Below, in pieces: positions 1 to 8,492 of a stretch of DNA of 64,000 bases. This DNA is from Bacteroidota bacterium. Lineage in GTDB: Bacteria > Bacteroidota > Bacteroidia > Bacteroidales > VadinHA17. Position 1 is the first letter of the stretch; every line of letters starts with the position of its first letter. The DNA is taken from positions 883-64,882 of the forward strand of contig JBAXXU010000010.1 of assembly GCA_037127735.1 (NCBI GenBank). The letters are read 5' to 3'. The notes beneath the pieces were generated by a model. That model saw only the letters and a list, made by a program, of their open reading frames with translations, was not told the DNA's origin and did not search any database. The position numbers and the translations under genes were made by a program.

Positions 1-274
1 TTTCCCTAGCCATCCGGCTTTCTCTCTTTACTTTAGAAATCCTGTCAAGCAAACTTAGGTCTGCAAAATCTGTCCAGAGCAAGTTGTCTTCTTTTGATTC
101 ATATTCAAATGTTGAGGGAGATAGATATATCTTGTGAATAGGACATTGGAATCTTGATTCAAGTTTGAATACTTGTCGTTGTCTCTCAACTATTGATAAA
201 CAGTTTATTACGGGACATTCGACAGAATCACCATCTACTTTGATTTTTGGTTTTAATTCGTTTAATCCATACAT
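1..274 (-). CDS. hypothetical protein, 5' part only (gene runs off the left window edge); Cys-pair zinc-ribbon-like N-terminus
   Basis: My own minus-strand translation from the ATG (plus-strand CAT at 272-274) gives MYGLNELKPKIKVDGDSVECPVINCLSIVERQRQVFKLESRFQCPIHKIYISPSTFEYESKEDNLLWTDFADL... The frame stays open to position 2. It is absent from the ORF track because no stop lies inside the window. No family recognised. Confidence 0.35.
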   Translation of the reverse strand, partial: MYGLNELKPKIKVDGDSVECPVINCLSIVERQRQVFKLESRFQCPIHKIYLSPSTFEYESKEDNLLWTDFADLSLLDRISKVKRESRMARE

Positions 275-950
275 GGGAATGTGTTTTTTATAAAGGTTAA
301 CGGTGGTGGAATTGGCCTGTTTGTTTTGGCGATGTCAGCTGCTGACGTTGGTTTTGTCAAGTCCGGAATATAAGTTGAAGTTGTCTCGTCATAAGTGTTT
401 TGTTTTGGTAACACTGCAAAAACCATGATAGTTTAATCTTAGGTCAGCAAGTCTATTGTCTATATCTTGGTAGCAGAATTTGTCAAGGTACTGAAAATTT
501 GATTACTTTTCATTACTTAGTCAAGTTACTAACATTAAGGCTAACTGAAGCGGGTTGGTACAATAAGCTTTTTGCTTATTACACGCTTATTATGTGGTCG
601 TACCAATTGGTTTCTATTCCGGCAGTGAATCTATCTCCTGATTCTTTGTCTCGGTGTCTGGTGGTAGAAAATTCTCTCTTAGCCGTTATGTGGCGTAGCT
701 TTTTAAAGTCCCGCTAAGTGGACAGGATTTTGGTGTTGCGATAAAGTTGTCCAGATGACTGAGTCCCGATAGATGGAACGAAGTTGTCATATCATAATAA
801 AATAGTCAAGATGGGTGAGTCCTGGTAAACGGACGAAATTTAAGTGTCATGATAAATTCGCAAAGTGATACCCTGTCTTTGCTGCACGCGCTATGCCACA
901 TAACTTGTTTTTAAAGTCATAAAACATAACAACAATTACGAGAGGTTGTC
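81..950 (+). repeat. dispersed same-orientation AAGTTGTC / TTGTC motif array
   Basis: Exact AAGTTGTC occurs at 81-88, 378-385, 744-751 and 781-788, with AGGTTGTC at 943-950 and TTTGTCAAG at 353-361 and 479-487. The TTGTC core occurs 11 times on the plus strand within 1-1020, and its complement GACAA never occurs there. Confidence 0.6.
551..904 (+). ncRNA. candidate structured non-coding RNA, unclassified
   Basis: Long-range stems 555-561/600-606 and 685-699/890-904 (15 bp; the single non-Watson-Crick pair is G.U only on the plus strand). Perfect hairpin 562-568/574-580 with an alternative partner at 585-591. Hairpin 860-865/877-882. Three paralogous GTCC-N8-GGAC units. No credible ORF. Confidence 0.3.
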
Positions 951-1024
951 AGATAGTGGTATGTTTTCATATTTTGTTCCATAATTTCTTTAACCTTTCA
1001 AAAGATTAGTATGATCTATAAAAT

Positions 1025-1378
1025 TCAGAAGCCATGTTGTTCAATTATTTTGTCTATAAAAAACTTATTATCCGGTAAATAGTTTTTGGCAATATCCCAG
1101 ATTATCTCATAATCAATCCCAAAATATTCATGTGCCACCCTATTCCTTAAATAATACATTTCATCCCATGGAATCTCTGGATTCTGAGTTCTGATATCTT
1201 CAGATAAGTTCTTCGTAGCCTCTGCAATAATTTCAAAGTTTCTAATGACAGCATCAACAGTTTTATAATCCTTTTTAAATGTAATAAAATCATTCTCTTC
1301 AATATACTCAGCAATTCTACCCATACTTGTCTGAATATCTTTAAGGTATAGTATATCAGTCCTGGAACTTTTTTTCAT
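1025..1378 (-). CDS. hepT: HepT-like HEPN-domain toxin (DUF86 family) of a HepT/MntA toxin-antitoxin pair
   Basis: 117 aa with the HEPN Rx4H motif RNRVAH. Its start abuts the stop of the upstream nucleotidyltransferase gene (1378/1379). Confidence 0.85.
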   Translation of the reverse strand: MKKSSRTDILYLKDIQTSMGRIAEYIEENDFITFKKDYKTVDAVIRNFEIIAEATKNLSEDIRTQNPEIPWDEMYYLRNRVAHEYFGIDYEIIWDIAKNYLPDNKFFIDKIIEQHGF

Positions 1379-1669
1379 TTAAACGTACTTTACCTGATTC
1401 AAAATCTGTTCCTTAATCTGTTCTTTTAAGGCTCCTTTTGTAACAAGATCTATCTTTCTACCAAAGGTTTTTTCAAGAAAGATCTCTAAGGTAAAAATCC
1501 TCCACCCTATTGGTCTTTCAAGTTCAATCAAAATATCAATGTCACTATTTTCCGAATATGTATTGTCAGAGAATGATCCAAATAATCCAAGCTCAGTTAC
1601 CAGATACTCCTTTTTTAAAACAGGTTTAATCTCTCTTAATTTTTCTAATATGGCGTCTTCTGTATTCAT
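1379..1669 (-). CDS. mntA: MntA-like minimal nucleotidyltransferase antitoxin
   Basis: 96 aa with the NTase signature GLFGSFS...SDIDILIE (GS ... DxD). Immediately upstream of the HEPN gene. Confidence 0.85.
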   Translation of the reverse strand: MNTEDAILEKLREIKPVLKKEYLVTELGLFGSFSDNTYSENSDIDILIELERPIGWRIFTLEIFLEKTFGRKIDLVTKGALKEQIKEQILNQVKYV

Positions 1670-1693
1670 AAATCAAAGATAATGAATTTTATG

Positions 1694-3205
1694 CTAATCA
1701 AGATCCATATCCTCAATAGGACTCCTTATTGCAAATAAATTCCTCCAGCTTACATGTGTATAAATCTCAGTGGTCCTGCTGCTCTTATGCCCCAGCAATT
1801 CCTGTATATACCTGATGTCAAGTCCTCCTTCGTGCAAATGGGTGGCGTAACTGTGTCTCAGACTATGGACCCCAACATCTTTCTTAATTCCTGCCAGTTT
1901 CAACGAGTGCTTGAATACGGCATAAACACTCTCTGCCGAATACTTACCTCCGGTCTGCCCTTCAAAAAGATAAATATCAGGCTTATAACTTTTAATATAT
2001 GTCCCTATCTTCTCCCAAATCTTCTGTGGGATCGGTACCATCCGGTTTGTGTTCCCTTTTGCCTCCCGAATATTCAGAATACCCCTTTCTTTGTCCAGAT
2101 CAGTAAGCTTAATATTTATCACTTCACTACGCCGTAACCCGCAGGAATATATCAGCCATAATATTAACTTATGCTTATTATTCTTTGTTGCAGAGAATAT
2201 TTCCATAATCTCTTCTTTCGAAAATACTTTTGGTAAAGCCCGGCTCCGCCTGGGCCTCTTCAAAGAATCAGTATTTACCCTTCTGTTATCGTTTAAATTG
2301 TAAAACATCTTTATAGCTGAAATAATAATATTCTGATATGAAGCAGAATAACCCAATTTCAAAATATGATCTTCAATAAATTCTGAAATATCATTATCTG
2401 TAATCTGACAGGGGTCGCTGGTATTAAAATATTTGAAAAACAATTCCAGACCAGCCAGATACGACCCGATTGTCCGTTTACTGTATCTCTTTTCTTCCAG
2501 ATACTTTCTTACTATGTCAATACCCTCTGCAGCTGCCTTCCCGATACTCCTTTCCCGAACTTCATTACCCCGCTCATTTCTTATTTCTGCTATAACAACT
2601 GGAATTTCTTTCTTCTTTACAATTACTTCAACACCCCTCGATGAAAAATAATCCGATAATGAATCAACCGCAAGCTGCGACCACCGAAGAAACCATTCGC
2701 GGGTTACTTTATCGAACCATGGTCTGCCGTAGGTCTTTAATTCACCTATCCATTCCGGATCAGATCTTCCTGTGAACTTAATCACCAGCCTGCCATCAGT
2801 TTCGCTTATTGTAAACAGTACAGGTGAATACATTGAAATCTTTTTCTCCTTATTAACCGTTAGATATGCTTTCTCATCTAAAGCCTTTTCATCCGGAGCA
2901 GGTATTGTAGTAGTGGGCTCTGTCTTCTTCTTACTCTGAAGAACTGTTGTAAGAGCAGATAGTTTTCCCTTTTCACCTGTTGCAATGGCTGAAATATCAA
3001 TATCGGCCGACTCCCTGAAAACAGCAAGGATCTTCTTAAGAGTCTCTTCATCATCGTGTGCATACCAGCATCTGTTGCTCTGGCTCCATTTTATTCCGGT
3101 GATTGATTTTACAAGAGCATCCAGATTTTTGTCGTAGTCAAAAAACAGAGCATATCTCCATTCATCACGATGGAAGATCCGTTTCAGAATAATCTTTTTT
3201 TTCAT
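1694..3205 (-). CDS. tyrosine-type site-specific recombinase/integrase with a long N-terminal extension
   Basis: 503 aa. C-terminal catalytic signature GLRRSEV ... HSLRHSYATHL ... LLGHKSSRTTEIYTHV (R, HxxR, H, Y). About 220 extra N-terminal residues contain two similar roughly 50-aa modules. Confidence 0.9.
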   Translation of the reverse strand: MKKKIILKRIFHRDEWRYALFFDYDKNLDALVKSITGIKWSQSNRCWYAHDDEETLKKILAVFRESADIDISAIATGEKGKLSALTTVLQSKKKTEPTTTIPAPDEKALDEKAYLTVNKEKKISMYSPVLFTISETDGRLVIKFTGRSDPEWIGELKTYGRPWFDKVTREWFLRWSQLAVDSLSDYFSSRGVEVIVKKKEIPVVIAEIRNERGNEVRERSIGKAAAEGIDIVRKYLEEKRYSKRTIGSYLAGLELFFKYFNTSDPCQITDNDISEFIEDHILKLGYSASYQNIIISAIKMFYNLNDNRRVNTDSLKRPRRSRALPKVFSKEEIMEIFSATKNNKHKLILWLIYSCGLRRSEVINIKLTDLDKERGILNIREAKGNTNRMVPIPQKIWEKIGTYIKSYKPDIYLFEGQTGGKYSAESVYAVFKHSLKLAGIKKDVGVHSLRHSYATHLHEGGLDIRYIQELLGHKSSRTTEIYTHVSWRNLFAIRSPIEDMDLD

Positions 3206-3536
3206 TGCAGCGAGTAAATATATATAGCACTAAGAAGAGGTATAAATTTAAACTAAATATTGCAGATTTTACCGTTTTCCTTCGACATTTTCATAATATT
3301 CTCCGTTGGAGTGTCAAACAGATAAAGATGTTTGCATGATTTTACCTATGCCAAGGCCCCGTAAGTCACATAAGCATTTCTGTTTAATACGCTGTAATAC
3401 ATATTAATACAATGCTTTTGTCTGACTCTCAATATTTATTATTCAAACTAAAGTTAAACATAATAATTGAGTTTGAAGCGCCTGAAACGCCTGGAGTTTA
3501 TGGATAAGAAGAGTTTATTTTAACTAATAAAAGCAG

Positions 3537-3746
3537 TTATCTTTTATGCGATTCATCACAATATGGCTTATTACCTGACTTTCCACATCTGCAAAGCCAA
3601 ACCTCTCCGGGAGAATCCTCAGTATCTCTCTTTATATCTTTTATTAGAAAATTCCCCGTTATTTTCAATGGACCGTAATCAATTACCTCGATAATTGCCT
3701 GAGATTTATGTTCTTTATTCTCCTCCATACCTGAAATATTAATCAA
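3537..3746 (-). CDS. CDGSH-type iron-sulfur domain protein
   Basis: 69 aa with motif CRCGKSGNKPYCDESH. Overlaps the upstream gene by 8 nt. Confidence 0.75.
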   Translation of the reverse strand: MINISGMEENKEHKSQAIIEVIDYGPLKITGNFLIKDIKRDTEDSPGEVWLCRCGKSGNKPYCDESHKR

Positions 3747-4251
3747 TAAACCCTATTTTCCTGTGTCGCCCGTCGCAGAATGGCTGATGGTCACTTGCTC
3801 CACACCGGCATATTGAAATCATGCTTTCATGGATTTCTTTTCTATTCCCGCTATACGAAAGTGTAAAATTGCCTTTTATAACAATAGGCCCGTCAACCAT
3901 TATTTTGGCAGAGACCGGATGTTCTCCGGGGCCGGTATCATTTACGTTCATAAGCTCAGGCCTCCGGAACTTAATATGATTCAGCTGATCACTTTCAATA
4001 TTGTTGTTTTTTTCATCATCATTCCACTTCCAGGCAAGAGCATCAGTGGGGCATAAATTTACAACTTCTATAATTTTTTCAGTTGTAGAACCGCTCATAT
4101 CAACCCAGGGTCTCCTGCCGGGATCAAATACTTCAATAAGCTCTCTGTAGCAGTATGATGCGTGAACACATGCCGATGGCTTCCAGAAGACGGTTATTTC
4201 ATCATTACTGTATCTTCTTCCTCCCGAAAATTTCTTATCCTCTCTCTCCAT
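3739..4251 (-). CDS. iron-sulfur protein: N-terminal Cys-rich (4Fe-4S-like) domain fused to a CDGSH domain
   Basis: 170 aa with C-terminal CRCGASDHQPFCDGRH. The N-terminal region has spaced Cys residues (ACVHASYC ... LCPTDA). Confidence 0.7.
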   Translation of the reverse strand: MEREDKKFSGGRRYSNDEITVFWKPSACVHASYCYRELIEVFDPGRRPWVDMSGSTTEKIIEVVNLCPTDALAWKWNDDEKNNNIESDQLNHIKFRRPELMNVNDTGPGEHPVSAKIMVDGPIVIKGNFTLSYSGNRKEIHESMISICRCGASDHQPFCDGRHRKIGFID

Positions 4252-4474
4252 CTCTGTTTTATTCTGATTATGATCCTTACCCGTTCCAGGTCAACGATAA
4301 AAATAATCATTTGCAATTTAGTATTTTTAAAAGATATCATAAGAATTTTAGCCTGATGAAATTTCAGACCTCTGCTCTTTGGCTCAAATCTTCTGAGAAT
4401 TTAACGTATTGTCAGTTTCTATTGAAATTTTCTGCTGTCTATTATTATTCTTACTTTGCATCAGGCTTTAACAA

Positions 4475-6739
4475 ATGACAAATCCGCGGTTTGCTGATAT
4501 TATTTTGCCTCTTGCAGTAAGAGGGAGATTCACCTACAGGATACCTGATGAAATTCCGTGGAAAGTTAAACCCGGAGTAAGAGTCACTGTTCAGTTCGGT
4601 GGAAAAAACCTCTATACAGGAATCGTTTGCAACATTCACGACAAAACACCAGATGTTAAAAACGTAAAATCAATAATTGCTGTACTTGATGATATCCCGG
4701 TGATTAATGACTTACAATTAAAATTATGGCTCTGGATATCTGAGTATTACCTTTGCAGTGAAGGAGAAGTGATGAAGGCGGCCCTGCCATCAGAAATATC
4801 CCATAATAATTTTAAACCAAAATCAGAGACCTTTATTAAACTGGCAGGAAAATTCACTGACAAGGAGTTGAATGTATTACTTGATAAACTGGAAAAAGCC
4901 CCCCGGCAACAGGAACTCCTTTTAACTTATATCAGGTTATCAGAATATACAACAGGATCTGAAATTTTACCAATCAGGAGATCATTACTATTATCTGAAG
5001 CTCACTGTACCCCTGGTATAATTGAATCACTTGCCGGGAAAGGAATTTTGTCAACCGTATCACTTGCTGTTTCCCGCCTGACTGATTCTGAAAGTTATAA
5101 TGAACCTGTTAAAAAATTAAGTGAAGCTCAATCGGTTGCCTACAGATCAATTACTTCCCAATTTAAGGAAAAAGATATTGTCTTATTGCATGGTGTTACA
5201 TCAAGCGGCAAAACTGAGATTTATATTCACCTTATTGAAGAACAGTTGAAACTGGGGAAACAGGTCCTTTATATGCTTCCCGAAATAGCCCTTACAACTC
5301 AGATTATCCTCCGTCTTAAGAAAAACTTTGGGGCAGTAACAGGCGTTTATCATTCAAGGTTCAGCGATGCGGAAAAAGCAGAGATATGGAAAAGCGTGGC
5401 AGAAGATGACCATTCAAATGGTTACAGGCTTATCCTCGGTGTAAGATCATCACTTTTTCTGCCATTTAATAACCTTGGACTTATTATTGTTGATGAGGAA
5501 CACGACGGGTCCTATAAACAACACGATCCGGCGCCACGATACCATGCACGCGATACTGCAATTATGCTGGCTGCCCTTCATAAGGCAAAAACAATACTCG
5601 GGTCAGCTTCACCATCAATTGAAAGTTATAATAATACCGTTAATGGGAAATACGGACTTACAGTGCTAAAAGAAAGGTATGGGCACATTAAATTGCCAAC
5701 TATCGTCATTGCTAACACCCGTGAGGCTTACAAAAGAAAATTGATGGTTTCGCATTTTACTCCTGAATTACTTCAGTCAATGGATGAAGCGCTTGGCAAA
5801 GAAGAACAGGTAATTCTTTTTCAGAACAGGAGAGGTTTCTCTCCGTATATCGAATGTTCAGAATGTGGATGGATACCCGTATGTATTCAATGTGCCGTCA
5901 GCCTTACATATCATAAAGGTATAAGCAAGCTTGTCTGTCATTATTGTGGCTATACTACAGGAATGCCATCAAAATGCGGGAATTGTAATTCTACAGGAAT
6001 GGTAACAAGAGGATTCGGTACTGAGAAAATTGAGGATGAGATAAAAATTGTATTCCCGGCTGTCCGCGTAGCAAGAATGGATCAGGATACAACCAGGAAT
6101 AAAAACTCTTTCAACAAAATAATCAGGGCTTTTGAGGAACGGCGTATCGATATCCTTATCGGAACGCAAATGATTTCGAAAGGCCTCGATTTTGAAAATC
6201 TTACCGTTGTCGGTGTGTTAAATGCCGATAACCTCCTGAACTATCCCGATTTCAGGGCTCACGAAAGAAGCTTTCAACTTATTGAACAGGTCAGCGGCAG
6301 AGCGGGACGAAGGCAGAAACAAGGCAAGGTAGTCATACAAACATCCGATCCCTCCAACAAAATAATACGGTTGGTACTCCGACATGATTATTTGAATATG
6401 TTCAGGATGCAGGCTGAAGAAAGAACCACTTTCAACTACCCGCCATTCTGCAGAATGGTTAAAATAAGTATTAAGCACAAAGACAGGACTCTTTTGAATT
6501 ATTATTCTGACATTCTCGGACGCGACCTGAAAGAGATATTCGGTAAAAGGATACTTGGACCTGAAGCGCCTGTAATTTCACAGGTACAATTGTGGTATAT
6601 TAAAACAATCCTGATAAAAATTGAAAGAGAAAAACCTCCGGTAAGAGCCAAGCAATTAATCATTGAAGCAATTGACAGACTCGAAAAAGAGAAAGGGGCT
6701 TCTGCGCTGAAGATCGCGATAGATGTGGATCCGTATTAA
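4475..6739 (+). CDS. priA: primosomal protein N' (replication restart helicase PriA)
   Basis: 754 aa with Walker A GVTSSGKTE, DEEH box IIVDEEHD, and the Cys-rich zinc-binding insert CSECGW..CIQC...CHYCGY...CGNC. Confidence 0.95.
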   Translation: MTNPRFADIILPLAVRGRFTYRIPDEIPWKVKPGVRVTVQFGGKNLYTGIVCNIHDKTPDVKNVKSIIAVLDDIPVINDLQLKLWLWISEYYLCSEGEVMKAALPSEISHNNFKPKSETFIKLAGKFTDKELNVLLDKLEKAPRQQELLLTYIRLSEYTTGSEILPIRRSLLLSEAHCTPGIIESLAGKGILSTVSLAVSRLTDSESYNEPVKKLSEAQSVAYRSITSQFKEKDIVLLHGVTSSGKTEIYIHLIEEQLKLGKQVLYMLPEIALTTQIILRLKKNFGAVTGVYHSRFSDAEKAEIWKSVAEDDHSNGYRLILGVRSSLFLPFNNLGLIIVDEEHDGSYKQHDPAPRYHARDTAIMLAALHKAKTILGSASPSIESYNNTVNGKYGLTVLKERYGHIKLPTIVIANTREAYKRKLMVSHFTPELLQSMDEALGKEEQVILFQNRRGFSPYIECSECGWIPVCIQCAVSLTYHKGISKLVCHYCGYTTGMPSKCGNCNSTGMVTRGFGTEKIEDEIKIVFPAVRVARMDQDTTRNKNSFNKIIRAFEERRIDILIGTQMISKGLDFENLTVVGVLNADNLLNYPDFRAHERSFQLIEQVSGRAGRRQKQGKVVIQTSDPSNKIIRLVLRHDYLNMFRMQAEERTTFNYPPFCRMVKISIKHKDRTLLNYYSDILGRDLKEIFGKRILGPEAPVISQVQLWYIKTILIKIEREKPPVRAKQLIIEAIDRLEKEKGASALKIAIDVDPY

Positions 6740-6740
6740 T

Positions 6741-6795
6741 AAAGATAAAAGATAAAAGGCTAAAGACAAAAGTTGAAGAAGTCAAAAGTAAATAG
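6741..6795. repeat. A-rich heptamer tandem array (AAAGATA/AAAGACA type)
   Basis: aaagata aaagata aaaggct aaagaca aaagttg, then degenerate units. The same repeat word recurs at 16053-16112 and, reverse-complemented, at 47384-47423. Confidence 0.8.
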
Positions 6796-6796
6796 T

Positions 6797-6957
6797 TCCC
6801 CTCCCAGGAGGGTCTAGGGGCATAGTCGTCAACCTAAGGAATCTGAAAATGGATCATATGGAGGATCAGGAAAGGCAATCGGATTATTTTGGTGAAATTG
6901 TGGGCAATAGTATTCTCCCCTCCTTCAAAAGGAGAGCCTGCCCCGCCCTAGCGGGGG
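6797..6957. repeat. cluster of short G/C-run hairpin motifs in the priA 3' intergenic region
   Basis: TCTCC(6914-6918)...GGAGA(6931-6935), CCCCGC(6941-6946)-ccta-GCGGGG(6951-6956), and cccctcccaggaggg near 6798-6812. Confidence 0.5.
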
Positions 6958-7075
6958 GAAACTTTTTCTGACCTCTGTATTTACAATACTACTCTTAAAT
7001 TGACAGCTATGGGGTTAGAGGTGGGTTTTAAATTTGGAAAAAGTTACTAAATTTGAACATAATATATAAATCAGA

Positions 7076-7447
7076 ATGAAAATAGAAGTGTCAAATGGTG
7101 AGATTATCGATAAGCTTACTATTATCCAGATAAAACTTGAACGGATCAGGGATAAAGCTAAACTCGAAAACCTGAAAAAGGAATACGATGAACTGATCAG
7201 CGCTTCTTCAGCTATCATAAACACAAATGATCCGTTATATTTGTCATTGTATCATGTGAATTGTGAATTGTGGGACATCGAGGACCGGATACGCGACTTC
7301 GAGAGAAATAAGAACTTCGGGGATGACTTTATAGCTATCGCCAGGGCAGTATATTTTAAAAACGACAAAAGATCCGAGCTGAAAAGGGAAATTAATATAA
7401 AGACATCTTCCGGACTTATTGAGGAAAAATCATACAAAAAATACTGA
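7076..7447 (+). CDS. small conserved hypothetical protein (resembles DUF6165 family), upstream of a GT9 gene
   Basis: 123 aa starting MKIEVSNGEIIDKLTIIQIKLERI, with ...WDIEDRIRDFER... and YFKNDKR. Family assignment is from memory only. Its stop is 1 nt before the GT9 ATG. Confidence 0.5.
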   Translation: MKIEVSNGEIIDKLTIIQIKLERIRDKAKLENLKKEYDELISASSAIINTNDPLYLSLYHVNCELWDIEDRIRDFERNKNFGDDFIAIARAVYFKNDKRSELKREINIKTSSGLIEEKSYKKY

Positions 7448-7448
7448 G

Positions 7449-8480
7449 ATGCGCCTTCTTGTTATACGATCCTCAGCCATGGGCGATGTTGCACTCACAA
7501 CTCCTGTACTAATGGGAATGAGAGATCAATATCCCGATGTTGAACTGCTCCTTCTTACCCGACAGGCTTTCAAACCATTTTTCTCTTCAATTGACGGTCT
7601 TCAGCTTTTTTTTCCCGATTTAAAAAACAGGCACAAAGGTTTTGTCGGTTTGTTGCATCTTTTTTCAGACCTCAGACAAAAGGGCGAAATTGACTTTGTA
7701 ATTGATCTTCATGATGTATTAAGGTCTAAAATTTTAAGACTATTATTCAGATTATCCGGAGTACCTTCATCAGTTATCAATAAAGGAAGAAGCGAAAAAA
7801 AATCTGTTATCAGAGGGAAAATAAAAACCCGGATAAAACATTCGGTGGAGAGGTATTGTGATGTATTTGCAAAAGCAGGTTTTCCCGTAATGCCGGCAAA
7901 GGGCCCATGGATAATTCCTTCAGCGGAAGCTCTGGATAAAGTTTCCATAATGATGAATGCCCCCGGTAATCTTAATATCGGTGTGGCGCCCTTTGCAAAA
8001 CATAAACTGAAAATGTGGCCCGAAGAATATATGGTCAGGCTTATTAAACTGATTGCTGAAAAACATAATGCGAAATTCTGGTTGTTTGGAGGAAAGGAAG
8101 AATCAGAAAAACTCAAAGCTTTTCAGACAAAAGTACCGGGTTCCTTTAATACGGTTGGAAAGTTAAACCTTGAAGAAGAGCTTGCCCTTATAAGCAAACT
8201 TGATTTGATGATTGCAATGGACTCTTCAAACATGCACATGGCAGCTCTTTGTGGCATTAAGGTCATCTCAATATGGGGAGGAACCGACCCGTTAAATGGT
8301 TTTGGCGCATGGATGCAACCTGAAAATTATTCCGTTAGTATCCCGGCTGATGAACTAACATGCCGGCCATGTACAATTTACGGTAAAGGCGATTGCAGAA
8401 GAGGTGATCTGGCATGTATGAACCGGCTGACTCCGGAAATGGTGTTTGAAAAAATTGGAAAAGCACTGAAACTCACTTAA
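7449..8480 (+). CDS. glycosyltransferase family 9 (heptosyltransferase-like)
   Basis: The N-terminus MRLLVIRSSAMGDVALTTPV is typical of GT9. I prefer the ATG at 7449 over the ORF-track start at 7419, which overlaps the upstream gene. Confidence 0.8.
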   Translation: MRLLVIRSSAMGDVALTTPVLMGMRDQYPDVELLLLTRQAFKPFFSSIDGLQLFFPDLKNRHKGFVGLLHLFSDLRQKGEIDFVIDLHDVLRSKILRLLFRLSGVPSSVINKGRSEKKSVIRGKIKTRIKHSVERYCDVFAKAGFPVMPAKGPWIIPSAEALDKVSIMMNAPGNLNIGVAPFAKHKLKMWPEEYMVRLIKLIAEKHNAKFWLFGGKEESEKLKAFQTKVPGSFNTVGKLNLEEELALISKLDLMIAMDSSNMHMAALCGIKVISIWGGTDPLNGFGAWMQPENYSVSIPADELTCRPCTIYGKGDCRRGDLACMNRLTPEMVFEKIGKALKLT

Positions 8481-8492
8481 AATACTTTAGAT

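Larger units (their letters stand above)
275..3536. mobile_element. integrase-associated accessory segment (possible edge or remnant of an integrative element)
   Basis: A tyrosine recombinase, a HepT/MntA toxin-antitoxin pair and a repeat-rich non-coding stretch lie together next to core genes. I could not identify att-like flanking repeats. Confidence 0.3.

Noticed and set aside
499-717. 72-aa plus-strand ORF in the non-coding region
   Set aside because: It has a TTG start, no recognisable domain and hydrophobic low-information sequence. It spans the predicted stems, so it is more likely a chance ORF.
749-860. The 56-nt tandem duplication as a type III (ToxI-like) RNA antitoxin array
   Set aside because: There are only two diverged units. 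No ToxN/AbiQ-like ORF follows on the plus strand, and the next genes are on the opposite strand.
685-904. The long inverted repeat as an integron attC site, with HepT/MntA as an integron cassette
   Set aside because: The stem ends do not fit the RYYYAAC/GTTRRRY core sites. The adjacent recombinase is a long Xer/phage-type enzyme, not an IntI-like one, and it is not divergently placed next to an attI-like site.
7419-7448. Upstream starts for the GT9 gene (7419) and likewise for parA (35550) and pyrE (19735)
   Set aside because: In each case the extension overlaps a neighbouring gene or adds residues ahead of the conserved family N-terminus ([43 protein letters not shown]). The internal ATG codons were chosen instead.
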